From the NCBI GenBank assembly GCA_041577335.1, contig JBFGJH010000001.1:4221-68220 (forward strand): a DNA stretch of 64,000 nucleotides, given 5' to 3'. A program made the translations under genes and the position numbers. The notes under the pieces are model-generated. The model did not search any database. It was not told the DNA's origin and saw only the letters and a program-made list of their open reading frames with translations. This stretch comes from Acidimicrobiia bacterium. GTDB lineage: Bacteria; Actinomycetota; Acidimicrobiia; Spongiisociales; JAENVV01. Below, piece by piece: positions 57,270-64,000 of the stretch (the stretch's first letter is position 1; every line of letters starts with the position of its first letter).

Positions 57270-58010
57270 CTACTGCGAACCGAGCACGATCGCGCGGGAC
57301 AAAACCGCTCGGAGCATTGGTTGGGTGAGACGCCCGGTGAACGTGTTGTGTTGGGACGGGTGATACGAGGCCATCACCACGGGCCATCCCGGTCCCAACG
57401 GTAGTTCGATCCCGTGTCCGAAGACGGGTCGCGGCACCGGGACCGGTGCTCCCCGATCCTTGAGGACCCGCACGATCTGGCTGAACGAGACTGCTCCGAG
57501 GCACAAGATCGTCTTCGGCTCCAGCGCATCCAGCTCGGCCTCGACCCAGTGCCGGCAAGCGAGTCGCTCTTGGGGGGACGGACGGTTGGCCGGCGGCGCA
57601 CAGTGAACGACCGACGTCACGAAGGCACCGGTCAGTGTCAGGCCGTCGGCCGCATGCGTGGCAGTTGCCTGGCTGGCCAAACCAACCGCCTCCATCGCCG
57701 CGAAAAGAAACTCGCCTGACCGGTCACCGGTGAACATGCGGCCGGTGCGATTGGCGCCATGAGCGGCCGGAGCCAATCCCACGATGAGGATGGCCGCTCC
57801 GGGATCGCCGAAGCCTGGTACCGGCCTGCCCCAGTAGTCGTCATCTGAGAAACGGGCCACCTTCTCGTCGGCGACACGCTCGCGCCATTCGACGAGTCGC
57901 GGGCAGCGACGGCACTCGACGAGCGCCTGGAAGACGGCATCGAGTGCCGACGCATTCGGAGCGTCGAAGCTCGTCAGCGGCGGATTGCTCGCCTCGGAGT
58001 CATTCACCAT
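57270..58010 (-). CDS. Family 4 uracil-DNA glycosylase ([4Fe-4S] UDG)
   Basis: CRRCPRLVEWRE Cys cluster, GLAPAAHGANRTGRMFTGD and HPSQHNT motifs. Confidence 0.8.
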   Translation of the reverse strand: MVNDSEASNPPLTSFDAPNASALDAVFQALVECRRCPRLVEWRERVADEKVARFSDDDYWGRPVPGFGDPGAAILIVGLAPAAHGANRTGRMFTGDRSGEFLFAAMEAVGLASQATATHAADGLTLTGAFVTSVVHCAPPANRPSPQERLACRHWVEAELDALEPKTILCLGAVSFSQIVRVLKDRGAPVPVPRPVFGHGIELPLGPGWPVVMASYHPSQHNTFTGRLTQPMLRAVLSRAIVLGSQ

Positions 58011-58054
58011 ACGTGTGATGGTGCGCGCGCTCCGCGCGTTCTGTCTAGTCCTGC

Positions 58055-58075
58055 CAGATTTTCACAGATTTTTCG
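58055..58075. promoter_or_regulatory. Direct repeat CAGATTTTTC x2 (11-bp periodicity) in the divergent UDG/sigma-factor promoter region
   Basis: Read directly; lies in an AT-richer 165-bp divergent intergenic region. Confidence 0.4.
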
Positions 58076-58175
58076 CTCATGGAACCGGTACCACACCGAA
58101 TTCGGATTGCTTGAGCCGATGAGGCGGTGATACCGTGCGGATCGGCGGGCTGGAACGACAACAAAAGGGGAGCAC

Positions 58176-59108
58176 GTGGTCGCAAGACGACGAGAATCAG
58201 CGTCAGTTTCTGACACAGTGGGCTTATACCTCGAGCGGGTTTCGGGACACACCCTGCTCACAGCCGAGGACGAGGTGCGCCTGGCCCGGGCGATGGAGAA
58301 GGGGCGCAAGGCCCAGAGCAAGCTGGAGTCGGGCGAGAAGCTGACTCCCACCGATCGAGCCAAGCTGTACCGGCTCGTCCACCTGGGTGAAGAGGCCAAG
58401 ATGGCTTTCATCCGTTCCAATCTGCGACTCGTCATTTCGATCGCCAAACGATACTCAGGGCGAGGCCTCGATCTCCTCGACCTGATCCAGGAAGGCAACC
58501 TCGGCCTCATCCGAGCGGTCGAGAAGTTCGACTGGAGGAAGGGATTCAAGTTCTCCACGTATGCAACGTGGTGGATCCGCCAAGCAATCACTCGGGGCCT
58601 GGGCAACCAGGCCCGCACTATTCGGCTTCCCGTGCACATGGTCGACGTTGTCCGCACCGTGCAGGAGACCGAGCAACTCCTCGCCGAGGAGCTCCGCCGG
58701 GCTCCCACCCGCGAGGAGATCGCCGAATCGAGCGGCCTCGACCTGGAGAAGGTCAACGCCGCCCTCAATGCCCCCTCGGACACGGTCTCACTCGACCGCC
58801 CGGTCGGCGAGGACGGCGATGCCGAGCTGCAAGACTTCGTCGAGGACGAGCGGATGCCCGATCCGTTCCTCCACGCCGCCGAGGTTCTCCGCCGCCAGCA
58901 TCTGCTCGACGCCCTCGAGCTACTGGAGGAGACCGAGAAGAAGGTGGTGCTCCTGCGTTTCGGCCTCGACGGGTCCGAACCGAGGACGCTGTCGGACGTC
59001 GGCAAGATGTTCAACCTGACCCGCGAACGGGTGCGACAGATCGAAGGACGCGCATTGGCGAAGCTCCGTCATCCGAGCAGCGTGGTCGAGTTGGAGAGCT
59101 TGCTTTAG
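58176..59108 (+). CDS. Sigma-70 family group 2 (SigB-like, principal-like non-essential) RNA polymerase sigma factor
   Basis: Regions 1.2/2.1-2.4 (LIQEGNLGLIRAVEKFD, YATWWIRQAITR), region 3 and region 4 HTH (TLSDVGKMFNLTRERVRQIE); 310 aa. Confidence 0.85.
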   Translation: MVARRRESASVSDTVGLYLERVSGHTLLTAEDEVRLARAMEKGRKAQSKLESGEKLTPTDRAKLYRLVHLGEEAKMAFIRSNLRLVISIAKRYSGRGLDLLDLIQEGNLGLIRAVEKFDWRKGFKFSTYATWWIRQAITRGLGNQARTIRLPVHMVDVVRTVQETEQLLAEELRRAPTREEIAESSGLDLEKVNAALNAPSDTVSLDRPVGEDGDAELQDFVEDERMPDPFLHAAEVLRRQHLLDALELLEETEKKVVLLRFGLDGSEPRTLSDVGKMFNLTRERVRQIEGRALAKLRHPSSVVELESLL

Positions 59109-59188
59109 AGGGCAGTTAGCAGTTCAACGACACCGGCCCGCGACTGCGGGAGGAGGCGGCGAATCGCTAAGCCCTCGGCTTGTGCCGA

Positions 59189-60601
59189 TCAGCCGACGGC
59201 GCCGGCCTCGACCATGTTCAGCTCGATGAGTCGGTTCATCTCCACCGCGTACTCCATCGGCAGCTCTTTGACGATGGGCTCGATGAATCCGGCGACCACC
59301 ATCGAGGTGGCTTCCTCTTCGGTCAAGCCACGCGACATCAGATAGAACAATTGGTCGTCGCCGACCTTCGAGACACTTGCTTCGTGGCCGATCTGGGCGT
59401 CATTCTCTTCGATCTCCATGTACGGATAGGTATCCGAACGTGAGTTCTCGTCGAGGATGAGCGCATCACACCGCACGAACGACTTCACTCGCTCAGCGCC
59501 CGGCTCCACCCGAACCAGACCGCGGTAGCCGGCTCGTCCTCCACCCTTGCTGATGGACTTCGACACGATGGTCGACGTGGTGTCGGAGGCGGCATGCACC
59601 ATCTTGGCGCCGGCGTCCTGGTGCTGACCCTCACCGGCAAAGGCGATGGAGAGCACCTCGCCATGGGCACCGGGCTCGAGCATCCACACGGCCGGGTACT
59701 TCATGGTCAGCTTCGAACCGAGGTTGCCGTCGATCCACTCCATGGTGGCGTTGGCGTAGGTCGCCGCCCGCTTGGTGACGAGGTTGTAAACGTTGTTCGA
59801 CCAGTTCTGAATCGTGGTGTACCGGCAGCGGCCGCCGCGCTTCACGACGATCTCGACGACGGCCGAGTGCAACGAGTCAGACGACCACACAGGCGCCGAG
59901 CATCCCTCGACGTAATGCACGAACGCATCTTCGTCGACGATGATGAGCGTGCGCTCGAACTGGCCCATGTTCTGGCTGTTGATGCGGAAGTAGGCCTGCA
60001 GGGGCTGGTCCACGTGCACGCCCGGCGGCACGTAGATGAACGACCCGCCCGACCACACCGAGCTGTTCAGGGCAGCGAACTTGTTGTCGTTGGGAGGGAT
60101 GACGGTACCGAAGTACTCCTGAACGATCTCGGGGTACTCGCGCACGGCGGTGTCCATGTCACAGAACAGCACACCCAACCCCTCGAGGTCTTCACGGTTG
60201 CGGTGGTAGACGACCTCGGACTCGTACTGGGCGGTGACCCCGGCGAGATACTTTCGCTCGGCTTCGGGGATGCCCAGCTTCTCGTAGGTGTCTTTGATGG
60301 ACTCGGGCACCATGTCCCAGTCTTTGGCCTGGCCCTCCATCGGCTTGACGTAGTAGTAGATGTCATCGAAGTCGATGTCGTTGAGCGCTCCGCCGCCACC
60401 CCACTGGGGGACCGGCTTGCGAAGAAAGCGCTTGTACGCCTTGAGCCGGAACTCGAGCATCCACTCGGGCTCGTCTTTGATCTGCGACATTTCGCGAATG
60501 ATCTCTTCGTTCAAGCCCTTCTTGGGCTTGAACACGTAATCCTCTTCTGAGTCATGCCAACCGAGCTGGTAGGCACCTAGGTCTATGTCAACGGTGGCCA
60601 T
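59189..60601 (-). CDS. sufB: Fe-S cluster assembly protein SufB
   Basis: 470 aa; SufB-specific N-terminal region and C-terminal beta-helix ([15 protein letters not shown]). Confidence 0.9.
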   Translation of the reverse strand: MATVDIDLGAYQLGWHDSEEDYVFKPKKGLNEEIIREMSQIKDEPEWMLEFRLKAYKRFLRKPVPQWGGGGALNDIDFDDIYYYVKPMEGQAKDWDMVPESIKDTYEKLGIPEAERKYLAGVTAQYESEVVYHRNREDLEGLGVLFCDMDTAVREYPEIVQEYFGTVIPPNDNKFAALNSSVWSGGSFIYVPPGVHVDQPLQAYFRINSQNMGQFERTLIIVDEDAFVHYVEGCSAPVWSSDSLHSAVVEIVVKRGGRCRYTTIQNWSNNVYNLVTKRAATYANATMEWIDGNLGSKLTMKYPAVWMLEPGAHGEVLSIAFAGEGQHQDAGAKMVHAASDTTSTIVSKSISKGGGRAGYRGLVRVEPGAERVKSFVRCDALILDENSRSDTYPYMEIEENDAQIGHEASVSKVGDDQLFYLMSRGLTEEEATSMVVAGFIEPIVKELPMEYAVEMNRLIELNMVEAGAVG

Positions 60602-60679
60602 GTCGTCACCTTCTCAATCTGAACTTCTTTTGGCGGGCGCACAACCGACTGGGCGCCCATTCTGCTTCGAGGTCGACAG

Positions 60680-60774
60680 CCGATGTCGTTTCGATACCAC
60701 GATCGTACCAGCGCTGGTCACATTCGATAACCGGGTATCGACATCGGTGAGTCGGTGCATTGGTGGCACCAATG
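60680..60774. promoter_or_regulatory. Two inverted-repeat elements upstream of sufB: long imperfect IR CCGATGTCG(TTT)CGATACC ...GGTATCGACATCGG, and a 17-bp perfect palindrome CATTGGTG-G-CACCAATG
   Basis: Read directly from the sequence; 80-180 bp upstream of the sufB start codon. No sufR gene is present locally. Confidence 0.4.
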
Positions 60775-60858
60775 GAAAGTGGGGAAGACCGAAGCTGCCC
60801 CCAACACACCGACTAGGCAATGTGAACCTTTGGATGGCGTGGTTTGTTCCCAGCCCGG

Positions 60859-61284
60859 TCAGCCGATTCTGGCGCTTGCGCGGATGCTGGCGAGGACAGC
60901 CACTCCAGAGACGGCTTGCACGGTCAATGCCGCGTTCCGGTGGCCGTCGGCGTAGCAGATGACAGCCATGCCCAAAAGGACGGCCGCGAACACTCCCGCT
61001 CCCGCCCACCCCCACCGGCTGCGCTGACCCAACGCAAACAGACCAGCCATCAGGGCGACCAGAGCTATGAGGGACCACGTCTCCACCCACGCAGGCGGCG
61101 GGACCTCAGTATCTGTGGCGACCATTTCGAGAGCGAACACCGCCAAGATCGAGGTAATGATCGGAATCCAGGCGCCGGCCAACGACAGCCTGCGAGACGG
61201 AGACTCGACGGGGCGTGATTCGATCGGCGCCGTTTCGCTCGACGAAGGAACGGACTGGTCGGTGGTGGTGATTGCGGTAGCCAT
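60859..61284 (-). CDS. Small integral membrane protein (3-4 TM), hypothetical
   Basis: Start at internal ATG (MATAITTTDQ...) followed by hydrophobic helices. Weak evidence. Confidence 0.35.
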   Translation of the reverse strand: MATAITTTDQSVPSSSETAPIESRPVESPSRRLSLAGAWIPIITSILAVFALEMVATDTEVPPPAWVETWSLIALVALMAGLFALGQRSRWGWAGAGVFAAVLLGMAVICYADGHRNAALTVQAVSGVAVLASIRASARIG

Positions 61285-61325
61285 GGCCTCGATGGTACAC
61301 GCCCGGGCCAAAATGTGGGTGTGCC

Positions 61326-64000
61326 TCAGCCGGCGATGGCACGCCATTCGCGGCCGGCACGGTCGTCCTGCCGTTCTGGTCCACGTGCTGCCAGGACCCA
61401 AAAACGGCCCGAGTGGCGTTCCCAATCAGCCAGGATCGACGTCGCCACAGGGCTGGCGGTCTCGCGAATGTGGCGCTCCAGGAGCTCGACCACGGCCTCG
61501 CCGTCGGCGTCGCCCAGCCGGCGCATCGACGGGGCCGACTCGGCCACGAAGGCATTGAGCCGCATCTCGGGATCCCACACGTAGGCCGTGCCACCCGTCA
61601 TACCGGCTCCGAAGTTGCGCCCCACGGGACCCAAGACCAACGCAACTCCTCCGGTCATGTATTCGCAGCCGTGATCGGAAACGCCTTCGACCACGGCCGT
61701 TGCGCCGCTATTGCGCACAGCAAAGCGCTGCCCCACCCCACCGCCGAGGTACAGCTCGCCGCCCGTGGCGCCGTAGAGCACTGCGTTGCCGCCGGCATGG
61801 GGAGCGAAATCGACGAGGGGACGGGCCGGAACGACCACCACTTTGCCACCGCCCATTCCTTTTCCGATGTAGTCATTGGCCGTTCCGTCGAGTCGCATCG
61901 ACACACCTTTGGCGAGGAATGCGCCAAAGCTCTGGCCCGCCGTGCCCGCCAGCCGAATGTTGATGGTTCCCGCCGGAAGCCCTTCATTGCCGTAACGAGC
62001 GGCGATCTCACCAGACAGCGTGGCCCCAATGGTGCGGTCCTCATTGGTGATCGGATATGCGATGTCCACCGGGGTACCCTCGGTGAGCGCAACCATGGCT
62101 TCGCGAACGAGCTGGCCGGACAAGGGCGATCGTTCGACTGCGATGAAGCCGGGATGCCGCCTCCTCCCCTCCGCTCGCACGAGGAGCGGCGCCAAAGAGG
62201 CGGCCATCGCATGGTCGGTGTCACGAGGCTGCAGAAGGTCGGCCCTCCCGACGATTTGTTCGATCGATCGGGCGCCGAGCGACGCCAGATGCTCTCGGAC
62301 TTCTTCGGCCACCATCCGAAAGAGCTGCACGACCTTCTCGGCTGAGCCAGGGAACTTGGCCCGCAGGTCCTCTCGTTGGGTGGCGATACCCACCGGACAG
62401 GTGTTCTCGTGGCACTGTCGGACCATCTTGCAGCCAAGGGCAAGCAGCGGCATCGTTCCAAAGCCGAATCGTTCCGCCCCGAGCAGCGCGGCGATAACGA
62501 CGTCGCGACCGGTCCGCAAGCCACCGTCGGTTTCGAGCGCAACCCGAGACCGGAGGCCGTTGGCGATGAGGACCTGATGGGTTTCGGCCAAGCCGAGCTC
62601 CCACGGGGACCCGGCGTGTTTGATCGAGGTGAGCGGTGACGCTCCCGTTCCGCCGTCGTTTCCGGAGATGGTGATGGCGTCCGCCTGTGCCTTGGCAACG
62701 CCAACTGCGACCGTTCCGACGCCTGGTTCGGACACCAGTTTCACTGACACCCGGGCGGTTGGTTTGAACGCTTTGAGGTCGTAGATCAGCTGGGCAAGAT
62801 CCTCGATGGAATAGATGTCGTGATGGGGCGGCGGCGAGATCAGCGAGACACCGGGCTCTGTGTTGCGCAGCCAGGCAATCTCCTGCGTCACTTTGTGTCC
62901 GGGCAGCTGTCCACCTTCGCCTGGTTTCGAGCCTTGCGCCATTTTGATTTGGAACTCTTCGGCGGACGCGAGGTAGGCGGGAGTCACTCCGAACCGACCC
63001 GACGCCACTTGTTTGATGTCGGAGTTGCGGGGCGAGTCGAACCGGCCGGGATCCTCTCCACCCTCGCCCGAGTTCGACAAGCCGCCGATGAGAGACATCG
63101 CCTCTGCCAGCGCCTCGTGCGCCTCACGCGACAACGCCCCCAGCGACATCGCAGCCGTGACGAAGCGGCGCATGATGCGTTCGGGCGGCTCCACTTCATT
63201 CAATGGCACGGGCCTACGTTCGACGAACTCGAGCAGATCTCTCAGTTGTGAAGGTGGCCGTTCCTCGATGGCCTCCACATAGGAGTCCCATTCGCTTTGC
63301 TCGCCCGACCGCACCGCCTTTTGGAGGCGGAGCACCACTGATGGGCTCGTGACGTGAACCACACCTCCGCGCCGGAACTTGTAGAAACCTCCTGAATGTT
63401 CCTCGCCGTCGGCCCACATCTCTTGAGAAGCGATTGCCTTCCTGGCGAGGTCATCGAGCCCGATCCCGCCGGTGCGACGGGGGCAGAAGCGGAACGCCAC
63501 CTCGACAATGTCGTCGGCCATCCCAATGACTTCGAACAACTCACTTCCGCGGTAGGCGCTGACCGTGCAGATACCCATCTTGGAGAGGATCTTCAACAAG
63601 CCGTTGTTGAGCGCCATCCGGTAGTTCTCCTGCGCCACGACTGCGTCGACGCCCAACGCCCCATCCGCGGCCATCTGCTGTACCAATTCGATGGCCAGGT
63701 ACGGATTCACCGCCGACGCGCCGAGGCCAAGCAGCACTGCGACGTCGTGATCGGTGTGGGTTTCTCCGGAGACACAGACAATCGAGGCGTTGAGCCGGAG
63801 ACCCTCTTCGATCAGCCGATGATGGAGGGCCGAAACGACCAGCGGCATCGGCAGCGGCACATGTTCGGCATCTACCTCGATATCAGACAGGACGATGATG
63901 GTGGCGCCGCCCTTGACGGCGCTGACTGCCTCGTCCACCACTTCGTCCAGCCGTGCTCTGAACCGGCTCGGCCCTTCTGGGGAGTGGAACACGGTTGGGA
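61326..64000 (-). CDS. gltB: Glutamate synthase large subunit (GltB), central/FMN-binding and C-terminal GXGXG domains; the N-terminal part lies beyond the window end
   Basis: FMN/Fe-S domain motifs (ISPPPHHDIYSIEDL, GLAETHQ, the Cys cluster CHENTCPVGIATQ) and the C-terminal GXGXG beta-helix. The ORF is open to the window edge. Confidence 0.9.
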   Translation of the reverse strand, partial: PTVFHSPEGPSRFRARLDEVVDEAVSAVKGGATIIVLSDIEVDAEHVPLPMPLVVSALHHRLIEEGLRLNASIVCVSGETHTDHDVAVLLGLGASAVNPYLAIELVQQMAADGALGVDAVVAQENYRMALNNGLLKILSKMGICTVSAYRGSELFEVIGMADDIVEVAFRFCPRRTGGIGLDDLARKAIASQEMWADGEEHSGGFYKFRRGGVVHVTSPSVVLRLQKAVRSGEQSEWDSYVEAIEERPPSQLRDLLEFVERRPVPLNEVEPPERIMRRFVTAAMSLGALSREAHEALAEAMSLIGGLSNSGEGGEDPGRFDSPRNSDIKQVASGRFGVTPAYLASAEEFQIKMAQGSKPGEGGQLPGHKVTQEIAWLRNTEPGVSLISPPPHHDIYSIEDLAQLIYDLKAFKPTARVSVKLVSEPGVGTVAVGVAKAQADAITISGNDGGTGASPLTSIKHAGSPWELGLAETHQVLIANGLRSRVALETDGGLRTGRDVVIAALLGAERFGFGTMPLLALGCKMVRQCHENTCPVGIATQREDLRAKFPGSAEKVVQLFRMVAEEVREHLASLGARSIEQIVGRADLLQPRDTDHAMAASLAPLLVRAEGRRRHPGFIAVERSPLSGQLVREAMVALTEGTPVDIAYPITNEDRTIGATLSGEIAARYGNEGLPAGTINIRLAGTAGQSFGAFLAKGVSMRLDGTANDYIGKGMGGGKVVVVPARPLVDFAPHAGGNAVLYGATGGELYLGGGVGQRFAVRNSGATAVVEGVSDHGCEYMTGGVALVLGPVGRNFGAGMTGGTAYVWDPEMRLNAFVAESAPSMRRLGDADGEAVVELLERHIRETASPVATSILADWERHSGRFWVLAARGPERQDDRAGREWRAIAG

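Noticed and set aside
60614-61090. 158-aa minus-strand ORF upstream of sufB
   Set aside because: Low-complexity Gly/Arg-rich translation spanning the sufB promoter region and overlapping the better-supported membrane-protein ORF. Probably non-coding.
1-64000. Search for tRNA, rRNA, CRISPR arrays, transposases/integrases and phage genes
   Set aside because: No GTTCGA-type T-loop/acceptor patterns, no spacer-repeat arrays, and no recombinase or transposase motifs seen. GC content is uniform apart from short promoter islands, giving no sign of a horizontally acquired island.

Overview
This is a high-GC (~68%) chromosomal core region of an actinobacterium, identified by F420 biosynthesis (cofD/cofE), an LCP ligase, biotin-dependent acyl-CoA carboxylase, birA, a WhiB regulator and a group-2 sigma factor. 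Genes are densely packed and often translationally coupled through ATGA/GTGA overlaps. I found no tRNA, rRNA, CRISPR array or mobile element.

Main content, in order:
- A 7-gene envelope-glycan operon (GT2-membrane fusion, DUF5719, Trx-like protein, DUF3499, two small Cys-rich proteins, a large polytopic membrane protein), with a convergent partial GT2 at the window start.
- cofD and cofE.
- ugd plus an epimerase, an LCP protein, a dienelactone hydrolase, birA, accD/accA.
- Two split acyl-CoA mutase catalytic subunits, one MCM-type and one IcmA-type, with no B12-binding subunit in the window.
- A class A PBP, acyl-CoA dehydrogenases, and a GAF-GGDEF-EAL c-di-GMP enzyme followed by two disordered-linker proteins.
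- galT/galK/galE and an F420-type LLM oxidoreductase.
- A rearranged suf system with two sufC paralogs and a uracil-DNA glycosylase (UDG) plus sigma factor inserted between sufB and sufD.
- whiB, fumC, peptidases, and the C-terminal part of gltB.

The most interesting candidates are:
- an IcmA-like mutase operon that also carries a double zinc-ribbon protein, a membrane protein, a 67-aa protein and an amidohydrolase-2;
- an MCM catalytic-only subunit coupled to an LpdA-type single-cysteine flavoprotein;
- a fusion of a peptidase S51-like domain with the CysRS anticodon-binding C-terminal domain;
- the disordered/acidic-repeat proteins and the structured intergenic regions.

I see no classical defence or mobile system. 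All calls rest on my own reading of motifs, not database searches.
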